A DNA stretch of 64,000 nucleotides from Saprolegnia diclina VS20. Its lineage: Eukaryota. Made by a program: the position numbers and the translations under genes. The stretch spans positions 90,177 to 154,176 of the forward strand of contig NW_008246150.1 in the NCBI RefSeq assembly GCF_000281045.1, in the 5' to 3' direction. The notes beneath the pieces are model-generated. The model saw nothing but the letters and a program-made list of their open reading frames with translations, was not told where the DNA came from and searched no databases. Shown here piece after piece: positions 39,451 to 50,202 of this stretch. The number at the start of each line of letters is the position of its first letter. The stretch's first letter is position 1.

Positions 39451-40118
39451 CGAAAAATAGCATACATTTACAACGACAACCTGCCTCGTGCATACTCGTG
39501 TGGCAATAACCTGGACTTAGTGCAGTGTGAGGCTTGGTCACTTCATGAACGTGAGCACGACGCATCAGGGAATCCATGTGCCGATTCGAGCCCCAGCGCG
39601 ACCATACTTCAAACAAAACAGCTTGTATGTGGCTCATGACAACGAAACTTTTGTGGGTCGAGTTCACAAGCTCCATTTTGGCATGGGTCAGCAAGCAACC
39701 AATCAAACTCAGGCAATGCACTGTTCTAGGGCCCGGAACGTGTAGCACTAGTAAACGTGTATAAAGAGAGTTGCCTCTCCAGGGTTATCAACGAATGAGT
39801 TGGTGGAGCGACGCCAGAAAGCAATGGCGGCGCGATCTCCACACGCCTCGACGTGTGCGAATCCGGGCTGGTCCAATCGCAACAGTGCGCGGGCATTGGC
39901 CAGACAAAGAGCAAACGAGCGTCCATTTTGGGTGTCGAGCCCTACCCCTTGGTCCGCAGCCACAAAAGAGTGGGGTCGAGTGACAAATATAAGCGGCACG
40001 ACAGTGAATACATTGCGGTTGGCCAACCAGATCGCATCTGTTGTGCCCAATCATTGCTCTCGTGCGCTAAAATGAGCTGCTATCCATTTCCTCATTTGTG
40101 ATATTACGTGTTGGCGCC

Positions 40119-42017
40119 ATGATATCCCCCACCACCGTGACCGAGTTTCTACCCATGCTTGACGACACGGCACCATCGACTGAGGCCAAGACGAACGACA
40201 ACCAAGTAGTCGCCGTCACGGACAAGAACGACGTCATTGCAATCAACAAAGGATACCACGCCCCGGTCCAGCCCGCGACGCTCGGGTGGCACGACTTGCG
40301 CTACACGGTGCAAGCCAAGTCGCTTCTCGGCAAGAAAGGGCCGACCAAGACGATCCTCAAAGGTATCTCGGGCCACGTGGCACCCGGACAACTCACGGCC
40401 ATCATGGGACCGTCTGGCAGCGGCAAGACGACGCTGCTCGACATCCTCGCGGACCGCATCGCGACAGGCGTCGTCGAAGGCGACCTCGAAGTCAACGGTC
40501 GGCCGCGCCACTCGGCCTCGTTCCGCAAGATGGCCACGTACGTGGCGCAGGAAGACTCTCTCCTCGGATCGTTTACGGTTCTCGAGACACTCCGATTCGC
40601 AGCCCGCATCTCGCTCAAGGCCCCGGCCGACGTCTTGGAAGAGCGCGTTCAGAACGCCATCGCAGACATGGGTCTAACCAGCTGCGCCAACACGCGCGTG
40701 GGCGACATCTTTTTCAAGGGCATCTCGGGCGGCCAGAAGCGCCGGCTCTCGATCGCGATCGCGCTCCTCACCAACCCTTCGATTTTGCTTCTTGACGAGC
40801 CGACGTCGGGGCTCGATGCTGCATCGACGTACTACATTATGAAGTACATTGCCAAGCTCTGTGACGCCGGCCGGACCGTGGTGTGCACCATCCACCAGCC
40901 GTCGACCGACGTGTACAACCTCTTCTCGACCTTGTCGATCCTTGTCGAAGGCCGAACTGTCTTTTTCGGTCCCCCCGCATCGGCCTTGACGCACTTTGCG
41001 TCGCTCCACTACCCGTGCCCCAACTACTCGAATCCCGCCGAGTACTTTGTCGGTCTTGTCAACACGGACTTCGAAGGCCATGCCGACGTGAACGCGTTCG
41101 TCGATGCATTCGCCCGCAGCGACCTCGGCGCTTCGGTCGTCCGCGCCTTCCAAGCCGACCGCACGTTGAGCCGCAAGAGCGACGTGTTGAATCACGAAGC
41201 ATCGGCGTTCACGCAGTGGCAAGTGCTGCTGCAGCGCAACTTGCTCAACAATGCGCGCAACCCGGGTTTGTTTTGGGTCCGTCTCTTCATGTACATCATG
41301 CTCGCGTTCATGGTCGGCACCATGTACTACCACACGAATGCGGCGCTGACGAAGGAAGACTTGCTCCCGCTCCTCTTCTACGTTCAAGCCTTCCTCGTCT
41401 TTATGAGCGTGGCGGTGCTGCCCTTCTTCATCGAGCAGCGCGCGGTGTTTGTCCGNNNNNNNNNNNNNNNNNNNNNNNNNNNNNNNNNNNNNNNNNNNNN
41501 NNNNNNNNNNNNNNNNNNNNNNNNNNNNNNNNNNNNNNNNNNNNNNNNNNNNNNNCTCATCGCGATCCTCTCGACGACGCTCGTCGTGCTGCTCGCAGAC
41601 CTCAACGGGTTTGGGTACTTTTTTCTCAACCTCTTTTTGTCGCTCGTGGCTGCCGAGTCGCTCATGTGTGTCATTGCGGCGGCCGTGCCCCACTACATTA
41701 TCGGCATTGCACTTGGCGCTGGTCTCTTTGGCATGTTTATGCTCTGCGAAGGCTTCATGGTGCCCCGCCACGCGATCCCCGACTACTGGATCTGGGCCTA
41801 CTACCTCGCGTTCCACACGTACTCGTTCGAGTCATTTGTGTATACGCATTTCAACCCGATCCAGGCGACCGATGCGACCGCGAAAGCCATTCTGGTGCGC
41901 TACGGCTTTCAAGACGTCGACGTCGACCGCAACATGGTCATCCTCGTCGGCTACACGGTCGTCTTTCAGCTGCTCTTTGGGTGGATCTTGTACCGCTTCC
42001 ACACGGGCCGCCGTTAA
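40119..42017 (+). CDS. ABCG (White-like) half transporter
   Basis: GPSGSGKTT, ISGGQKRR, LLLDEPTSGLD, TIHQP, C-terminal TMD. N-gap at 41456-41555. Confidence 0.95.
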   Translation: MISPTTVTEFLPMLDDTAPSTEAKTNDNQVVAVTDKNDVIAINKGYHAPVQPATLGWHDLRYTVQAKSLLGKKGPTKTILKGISGHVAPGQLTAIMGPSGSGKTTLLDILADRIATGVVEGDLEVNGRPRHSASFRKMATYVAQEDSLLGSFTVLETLRFAARISLKAPADVLEERVQNAIADMGLTSCANTRVGDIFFKGISGGQKRRLSIAIALLTNPSILLLDEPTSGLDAASTYYIMKYIAKLCDAGRTVVCTIHQPSTDVYNLFSTLSILVEGRTVFFGPPASALTHFASLHYPCPNYSNPAEYFVGLVNTDFEGHADVNAFVDAFARSDLGASVVRAFQADRTLSRKSDVLNHEASAFTQWQVLLQRNLLNNARNPGLFWVRLFMYIMLAFMVGTMYYHTNAALTKEDLLPLLFYVQAFLVFMSVAVLPFFIEQRAVFVXXXXXXXXXXXXXXXXXXXXXXXXXXXXXXXXXXLIAILSTTLVVLLADLNGFGYFFLNLFLSLVAAESLMCVIAAAVPHYIIGIALGAGLFGMFMLCEGFMVPRHAIPDYWIWAYYLAFHTYSFESFVYTHFNPIQATDATAKAILVRYGFQDVDVDRNMVILVGYTVVFQLLFGWILYRFHTGRR

Positions 42018-42588
42018 AAAGCTGTTCTCCAAGATAGAGTTGTGTATATTGTATCGATAACTGCGCGGGATATAGTGTTTGCATTGGATGATTCATATCT
42101 GGATTTTTGTTTGTTAAGATGTGTCTTTGTGCGGACCAGGGTGTTGGAATGCACAACAATGGTGGGATACGAAAACGGGGTTAGGGTTGCTCTCTCGCTT
42201 GGTGTTTTAGGCGTATCGACTAGAGCGGACTAGGTCTCTGCGAGTAGCTACGACTGTAGGCAGTGTGGGCAATACCGTGTCGGGAAGCTCAGCGCGTTTG
42301 ACGAAGTCCAAGCCTGCGCGTTGGGCGAGACGAACGTATAGTCTCGGCCTTTGTCTTTGTAGCCATCAATCCGTTCATTGCTGCGATGTGTTGTCGTGTT
42401 TTGCGCTGCTAGCTGGGAGACCAGATCGACTATCCGTGCGTTGTCCTTTGTGCTCAACTCTGAACTCCCACCACGGGGTAGGGTCACCAAAGACGACGTG
42501 GTTGGTCGTGCGTTGCACAGGTTCATTCAAGACGACGCTTTGTATATTTGAATCTTCATAAACTTTTACGACATGCAATTTCGATAAA

Positions 42589-43715
42589 CTAGAGCAGGTA
42601 TTGGAGCGCCGCGGTGGTCATCCCGCCAAGAAAAATGGACGGAAGCACGAGCCAGGACGAGCTCATGAGCATGGCCGTGCCCGAGAGGCCGTGGCCCGAC
42701 GTGCAGCCGCCCGCGAGGCTTGCGCCAAAGGCAATCATGGCACCGCCAAGCACGGAGCGCAGTGTACTCGGGAACTCTCCACCATGGCCTTCAGGCGACG
42801 TAGCTGCATACGATCCGACAATGATGCCGAGCACAAAGAGGGCTTGCGACGCGTCCGCCAAGCGCGGCAACCACGACGTGGGTCGGCCGAGAGCGCAGCA
42901 GACCGTGTTCGAGACTTCGCCGAGGGCGATCTTGATGCCGGCGGACGCACCCAGCGACTTGTTCAAGAGAAAGGCCATGGGCAGTTGGAGGGCACCGACG
43001 ACAGCACCGGCGACGCTCGGGCGCCAAGAGGTCGACGCGCTTGCAAACGTCTCGGGCAGCATCACCTCGAGCATGGCGGCGAGGGACAAGCAGACGACGC
43101 CGACAAGACCGTGCGTCAACGGCGCGAGCGGCATCGTCGTAGCGACCTTGGGCTTGTCGGTCTGCCAGTCGGCAATCTACGCGTGCATCATGAGCACCTT
43201 CAAGGACGATAGAGCGTACGCGGAAACGAAGGGCGCCAGCGATACTCGCACCCAGCGCTGTCCCAGCGAGGCAAGCGAGTGCGGACGGGATCTGCGCGCC
43301 GAGCTGCACGTAGACCGAGCCAGGGCACGAGCCGCTGACCGTCATGCCGGCGCCGAGCACGAGGCCGCCGAGAATGAGAGCGGTCGACGTACTCGGGTTG
43401 GTCGCGCGACACGACTGCATGCGCTGGAACGCCTCCGGTTGCAAGGTGCGAAAAACGGCTTTCGAGAGGAACGACATGCCGAGCGCACTCACAAACATCT
43501 TCATCATCGTGAAGCGCTGAAAGGCCATTTGCTCCATGATGATCGTCGGGAGGTAGACTTGGCCCTAGTCGATTGCTGTCAAAAGAGAGACAGGTCAGTA
43601 TAGGGTTGTGTGCCTTGTTCATGGCAAAGCCAAACGCAGCGCCCGTTGTGAGGAGCACGATTGTGTTGCGCGGCGGTGGCAGCGACGGGCCGGCTTGGTG
43701 ACTCGGTACTTTCAT
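42589..43715 (-). CDS. YeeE/YedE (TsuA-like thiosulfate/sulfur transporter) family membrane protein, 3 exons
   Basis: GGLVLGAGMTVSGSCPG and GGAMIAFGASLAGGCTSGHG motifs. Introns at 43565-43613 (GC-AG) and about 43177-43219. Confidence 0.85.
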
Positions 43716-44173
43716 GGCAAATGGAAAATGGATCCAACAAGTGACCGTTGGAAGCGCTTGCGTAGCGCGCGAGCCTGCGTCATCGAAACAGATGCGCCAA
43801 TCACAGCGTCGAGTCGCCTCGGACGAAGTTGTGTGTATACTACAAACCGTCAAAATAGCAGTCAAGCTTTGCGTGTCGCACCAATGCAAGCATGGCGAAG
43901 CTTCTCGTCATACTGAACTGGGGCATCTGGCAGCAAGCAGATGCGTCAAGTAATGCGGATGAGCCATTGCTGATCGATCGATCATCCGTCCCAGTTGGTT
44001 GTGGTACATGTTGAGGCAAGATGCAATGTCAACAACTTGCCAGATGTGACGTCGCATCCACGTTCGTTCAATGACGCTAGTGGCGTGCCACACCAAGTCA
44101 AGAACTAGTACAGTTCACATGAGCATACACGAGGCTGGTATTATTTAAGAATTTAAGCTTTTTTCTATTTATG

Positions 44174-44465
44174 CTCGTGCCCCTTGCTCTTGTCGGTCGT
44201 CTTGGGCGCTCATTTACCGGCGCCGGCGCTCGGTGCGTCTTGGTGCTGACTCGTGCGCCAGCCCGGGCACCGCTCCGCCTCGGACACGCCTACACGTTCC
44301 CTCCAGACAACTAGAGACGAGACGCAACTTGGAGCACGCTCTGGATGTGCTTGCTGGCCGCACCCTTGCCTACAAAACACTCGGTCAAGCTCGGCGCTGC
44401 CTCGAAAAAGGACCTACGAGGTGGCTTTTGGCCCGGAGCACGTGATCTTGTGGCACATGTTGCAG
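44174..44465 (-). repeat. Second, inverted copy of the ~290-bp repeat
   Basis: See 39158-39450. Confidence 0.85.
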
Positions 44466-44488
44466 GGGCTTTCGTGAAAATCAGAAAG

Positions 44489-44563
44489 TGGTGCTCTCTC
44501 CGGGACTTGAACCCGGATCTACCTGGTGGTAAACCAGTGTCTAAACCGCTAGACTAAAAGAAG
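44489..44563 (-). tRNA. tRNA-like sequence (atypical or pseudo; apparent anticodon TAC; encoded CCA), copy 1
   Basis: D-arm GTCT-AGCGGTTT-AGAC, T-arm CCGGG-TTCAAGT-CCCGG, imperfect acceptor and anticodon stems, 3' ACCA. Confidence 0.6.
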
Positions 44564-44809
44564 TCGACAAGAACACCCCTTCTTGACTGCCTCCCCAATC
44601 TCGACGCTCCAGACGCGCACTCCTGGCACAGAGAGTGGGTGGGAGTAGTGAGTGAGGAGAAGAGAGAGTGTCATCTCAAGAAGCCATCTGCCGTCTGACC
44701 GCGCCCGTGTAACAGAGGAGAGTGTACTACTGAGTATGAGAGAGAGGAAGAATATGGGATACGCGCATGAGAAATGCGTATATTATTGGGCTCATAACCA
44801 ATCAGAAAG

Positions 44810-44884
44810 TGGTGCTCTCTCCGGGACTTGAACCCGGATCTACCTGGTGGTAAACCAGTGTCTAAACCGCTAGACTAAAAGAAG
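44810..44884 (-). tRNA. tRNA-like sequence, identical copy 2
   Basis: Part of an exact 111-bp direct duplication, 44479-44589 and 44800-44910. Confidence 0.6.
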
Positions 44885-45277
44885 TCGACAAGAACACCCC
44901 TTCTTGACTGTGAAAATGAAGTGGGTTCACAGATCTTTTCGCAAAGTAGCTACAGTATCGCGGCTGCGTCGTGTCGATGATCGATCAAGATGATATAGTC
45001 ATCTTAGTCACGGCGGTTGGAGAACTCGATTTAGAAGGATAGGGTGGTCCTTCATGGACGATGTACTAAAAGGGAATGAGCTTGAAGGTAGGCTGCGTCT
45101 GGTGTTGGTAGTCGTGCCACCAAGAAACGCAAGTTCCGAATGTCGGCTGCAGAGGGCGCGCGGTTGATGTTGTGAAACGAGTTGCGAGAAGAGCTCCACG
45201 AGTCCCTCCGAAAAAAATCTATTAGGGGCTAGCAAAGCTGCATAGAAAGCCCTGGGCCGCGCTGCGTATCTCTGGCG

Positions 45278-45394
45278 CCAACCGCCAGGCCGAATGGACG
45301 GCCCGCGCTGCCCCGGAGCAGCTGTCTACGAGACAGTGTGAGTAACGTTGGTGACCAATCTGAGTCTGATCGATCAACAAGTCGCCATCACGGT
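45278..45394 (-). repeat. Diverged inverted copy of the GST/HIG1 intergenic segment at about 35793-35910
   Basis: ccaaccgc.ggccgaatggacggcccgcgctg...gcagctgtc...gagacag.gtgagt...gatcgatcaacaag matches the reverse complement. Confidence 0.8.
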
Positions 45395-45946
45395 TGCGGG
45401 CATCGACATGGCGATGCTTTTGACAAGCGCAAAATTGCCATCACTTCACGTCGATTCTCCACATCAAATAGAGTTTACACGTAGTTAAATGGAAAGGAAT
45501 AGTGTTTCGTGCATGTTGGCGCTGGANNNNNNNNNNNNNNNNNNNNNNNNNNNNNNNNNNNNNNNNNNNNNNNNNNNNNNNNNNNNNNNNNNNNNNNNNN
45601 NNNNNNNNNNNNNNNNNNNNNNNNNNNNNNNNNNNNNNNNNNNNNNNNNNNNNNNNNNNNNNNNNNNNNNNNNNNNNNNNNNNNNNNNNNNNNNNNNNNN
45701 NNNNNNNNNNNNNNNNNNNNNNNNNNNNNNNNNNNNNNNNNNNNNNNNNNNNNNNNNNNNNNNNNNNNNNNNNNNNNNNNNNNNNNNNNNNNNNNNNNNN
45801 NNNNNNNNNNNNNNNNNNNNNNNNNNNNNNNNNNNNNNNNNNNNNNNNNNNNNNNNNCGTGCTTTCTTCAAACGTCGATCAGGTAGCCACTCGAACGAGT
45901 TTGTTTGGACGAAGTCGTTCCGTGTTTGATGGTCAAGACGCCGAAT

Positions 45947-46258
45947 ATGCCACTGGAGGCCGAGATGCGCACGTCGCTCCAAGGCCTCGAGCGCATCTAC
46001 CGTGAGCACGCAGCTGCGTTCCGGGCCAAGGGTCCGTACCTGCTAGGCGACCGTTTCAGCAGCGCCGAGATCAACATCATGACGTTCCTCTTCCGGTTTG
46101 ACATTTTGCTGCAGCACTACCGCCAGGTGCGCGTGCTTGGCGACGACATTCCGCTGCTCTCGGCCGCGCTTGAGGCGTCCATGGCGCGACCGGCGTTTAC
46201 CTTGACAGCGCGGGACCCTGATTTCTACATTCGCGGCTTTGCCCACCACGTCGAATAG
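45947..46258 (+). pseudogene. 3' half of a second GST copy, fused to unrelated sequence
   Basis: LEAEMRTSLQGLERIYREH...FYIRG is almost identical to GST copy 1. The 5' flank 45858-45952 is identical to 49802-49896. Confidence 0.75.
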
Positions 46259-48695
46259 GGGAATAAGTACAGTATTACTACTGTCGTAAGTCAATAATCA
46301 AACCGCTAACACTGCTAACGTTAGATTGTTCTAGCCCCACCTAACCCAAAATGCTAGAGTTCATTTTGCCCCAAGAAAACACGGAATGAACTCTAGTTGG
46401 TAGCTACAAGGACATACATTTGTCCTTGGTATTGAGAACACGGACGAACGAATAGGCAAGGTCTTCTGTCAAGCACGGCACTAGTTATTGACAAAGGTTG
46501 CCTATAAATCGCCTTTGGTGACACGACAAGTAATCAATGTTTAATGTTTAAGCTTAAGAGGAAGCACTCGGTGATGGTAGGCGCATCTCCGTTCGTGGGT
46601 TGTCGAACGGCCAGGCGACGTGGCATAAATGTACAAACGTTCTGCGATTATGGCTATGGTTGCTGATCTCATTCTTTGTGGAAGAATCACCCCGAGAGGC
46701 AGCCGAGGGCGGACACCCCATCACATTGCAACAGAATATGTGACCTATCAACTGTGCGAAGTAGATTTGCGTGGCGACGCCAGACTCGCGAATCGACTCG
46801 CGTGATTGATGGGCCAGACTGAGAGACAAAAAACCGGCCAATCGCAACCGATCGCAAGGCAACCCCTTGACGTTTTCACTTTTGACACACGCCTGAGCGG
46901 GTATCGCATCTTGGAATTCAGAATATCGCGCCAGACCGTAGTCGGTAGCTTGTTTATGGGCACCGACATTGCAAGCTTTTTGGTTTTGTCTCCTGCACTG
47001 GCCACGTCACAAGGTGAATTGAAGATCGAAGAATTGTCCCATGATCCGAGTCGACACCAAGGGTCAGGTGATTTGGGTTCAGACACAACACCAATGCAAC
47101 TACAAAAGAGGTGCAAATCCTACAGTAACTACATGTGGCCAGCGACGACATTTCCTCACTGGTCCGAGCGAGTCGTGTATCGCGGATGAGAAAGAAGACC
47201 ACTTGACCATTCGTTGGTCTTGGCTCCTTGTGTAATATGTTGATCGCCCGCTCCAGCTCCAATATTTATATGATGCGAAGAATCAGGCGTTCGGTAAAAC
47301 TAGAAAGCAACGTGTGCTGAGCTGAGCGCGACAGCTCAGGTCGACACATGCTTGAAGTTCGCATTGTGCGAGAGATCGTTCTTCATTTTTCAATTCACTC
47401 GACAAGACCATGGTGGACGACCGTAGCCCCGCACCGAATATGCAACCGCAGCACGCCGACGCCATCGGACAGTGCCCCAAGTCAGAAATTGGGTGCTGTT
47501 GCAACTTTGCAGCCTACGACGATACCGCGCTGCCCTACCATGAGTACAAACCCTCGTTTCACTTTGTGCTGGACGCCATGGCGCACGACCTCGTCCTGGG
47601 GGCTGACAGTGCGCCGCGAGAAGGAGCCTCGCCGCGCACATGCCCGCTGGCGAAAGGTGCACAAAATCAAAGTCGCCTCAACCAGCCGAATCCGTGACGG
47701 CACAACGCGGCCACGGGGTAGTTAGTTGTACGATTAGCATTAGTTGTTGTTACGAGTAGTTCCGTGCAATATATATATATACATTACTAGTACTTGGTTT
47801 GCGCATTTTATGATCTCATTGAACACAATTCCAAACATTGCACAAGCAAAAAACAACGTTAGCTGCAGCAAAACACATTCAAAATCCTTGACAGTTCAGT
47901 GACTCTACGGCTTGAAGCAGGCTCGAAAGATGAAAGTGTGAGATTCATAGCGTATAAACTAGATTTTCAACCAATCGGGCAGGGAGCAAGCAAAACGGAC
48001 GGAGCCCAACGGGTCCCAGTTTAGCCTTTCCCTCTCCGCAGCAAGTGGTTTGTCAACATCATATTTCCCCTCACACGCGACGAAGATATCGTAGAAACCT
48101 GAACCGGCCAATGCTCGGCCCTAACGGTTGAAGTCGAACCACGGTGACCCTACAGGCGACTGCAAAGACAGGCGCAAACTACTACTACGTCGGACGCAGC
48201 GTCAACTGTTGCGACAATACGCTTCCTGAGAAAGGACGTACACAAATTTTGTGTACTTTGAGCCATGGGTCCTCGACGGTCGTCTTGACGGGGAACATCT
48301 TTGGGTAGGCAAAGACAAAGACGAAGTGGAACCTTATTTTGGGTCTGTGGACCAAGCTGAAATGACAAGCAATATTGTCATATGTATCCAATAACAACAT
48401 ATGTATGCACACTTTGGCATCTGTTTGACGCAAACAGCTCCAACCGCACGTTGCCTGACGACGGCTCGTAATCTCCCGGGGCATATCGTTGGTAACTTCA
48501 TTTTTAACGCTCTTTTCAACTACCATTCCTAGTCTCGACAAATAAACACAAAACCCAAGGAAACCAACGCAATTGTCGACGCCAAGCATTCGTCGAATCT
48601 GCTCGGCAAAGAATTCCGCCAGTGGCGGTTTTAAGCTGCGTATCCGGATTCCCAAACCAACGCCACCCAGTTCTCAGTTTTCAAGTCGCTCACCA

Positions 48696-49664
48696 ATGCT
48701 CAGCACGCCCATCTGCCACCGCCTCCTCGCCGCCGGTCGCCCGCGCCCGCTTATCGCGGCGGCTGCTAACCGCCACCAGCTCATCGCCGCCACTGGTCGC
48801 CGCCATCTGCGCACGTCGTCGCCGCTGCTGGCGGTCGAGAACAGCCACTTCAAGTCGCATCCCAAGACCGACGCTCATTTCGCCGACCAAAAAGTCTGGG
48901 AAAACCCGATCCCACACGACATCTACAGCCCCCAAGACCTCGCCAAGATCCACCCGACGCACCGCAACCCGACTGAGATGCACGCCAAGGTGGCCCTCTT
49001 CGCCGTGCGTCTCATGCGCTCCGGCTTTGACTTTGTCTCGCGCTACAAGGGCCCGGGCGGCGGCATGAAGGCTGGGGACTGGGTCAACCGTGCGCTCTTT
49101 CTCGAGACGGTCGCCGGAGTCCCTGGCATGGTCGCCGGCATGGCCCGCCACCTCCGCTCGCTGCGCACGATGCAGCGGGACCAGGGCTGGATCCACACGC
49201 TCCTCGAGGAGGCTGAGAACGAGCGCATGCATCTGCTCATCTTCCTCAACATGAAGTCGCCAGGTCCGCTCTTCCGCCTCTTTGTGCTCGGCGCGCAAGG
49301 CGTCTTCTTCAACGTGTTCTTCCTCGCGTACCTGACGTCGCCCAAGACGTGCCACCGCTTCGTGGGGTACCTCGAGGAAGAGGCCGTCCACACGTACACG
49401 GCGCTCGTCCAAGACATTGAGAACGGCCATGTCGACCATTGGGACACGGACATTGCGCCGCTGATCGCACGCAACTACTACAAGCTGCCCGAGACCGCGA
49501 CGGTCCTGGACATGATCAAGTGCATTCGCGCCGACGAGGCCAACCACCGCGATGTCAACCACACGTTTGCCGACGTCGAGTGGAAGACGGCGGTCAACCC
49601 GTTCCTACACAAGCACCGCAAGCCAGCCGTGGAAGAAGAGAAATCCAAGCCAGTGGCATCGTAG
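48696..49664 (+). CDS. AOX: Alternative oxidase, copy 3 (different N-terminal presequence and C-terminal tail)
   Basis: Catalytic core identical in protein to copies 1 and 2. Arg-rich N-terminus MLSTPICHRLLAAGRPR. Confidence 0.97.
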   Translation: MLSTPICHRLLAAGRPRPLIAAAANRHQLIAATGRRHLRTSSPLLAVENSHFKSHPKTDAHFADQKVWENPIPHDIYSPQDLAKIHPTHRNPTEMHAKVALFAVRLMRSGFDFVSRYKGPGGGMKAGDWVNRALFLETVAGVPGMVAGMARHLRSLRTMQRDQGWIHTLLEEAENERMHLLIFLNMKSPGPLFRLFVLGAQGVFFNVFFLAYLTSPKTCHRFVGYLEEEAVHTYTALVQDIENGHVDHWDTDIAPLIARNYYKLPETATVLDMIKCIRADEANHRDVNHTFADVEWKTAVNPFLHKHRKPAVEEEKSKPVAS

Positions 49665-50202
49665 CTGGACAAATTAATGCTAAAATACGTCGCTCACACT
49701 TGATTGAGCTCATGCTATGGGGCGTGCACGTAGAGGGAGACGTGCAGCACGGCTAGCACCTTGGGTTGGCCTCATCGGCTAGCCGTGTTGGGCAGCTCAA
49801 TCGTGCTTTCTTCAAACGTCGATCAGGTAGCCACTCGAACGAGTTTGTTTGGACGAAGTCGTTCCGTGTTTGATGGTCAAGACGCCGAATATGCCAGTTT
49901 AGTCTTAGTTTTAGGAGGACCAGTTTGGCATATTGTCTGCCACTGGCGTATGATGTACTTGGACCACCGTCGCTGAACAGCGTGAGCATGGCAGCGTCAA
50001 TACCATCCAAAGATTAGCTCTATCAAGCCAAGCGCGAGGCTCTTCATGGAGCAAGATGACGTCCTTCGTTCGCTGGCGTCGTTGCGAATCTGAGTTGAAC
50101 CAGGCGGCCTTTCTCCAAATGCAACCAATCACAGCCACATCGATCAAAATCGGGCCAATCAAACGACAGCATGCGATCACCGAGCTTCATTTTCGATCTT
50201 GC

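Noticed and set aside
44489..44563. Selenocysteine or suppressor tRNA
   Set aside because: No TCA, CTA or TTA anticodon and no long variable arm.
45485..46009. ORFs spanning the N-run
   Set aside because: Artefacts of the assembly gap at 45527-45857.
46300..48600. Short ORFs such as 46806..47189 and 47410..47697
   Set aside because: No recognisable motifs and weak codon bias. Treated as intergenic or decayed sequence.
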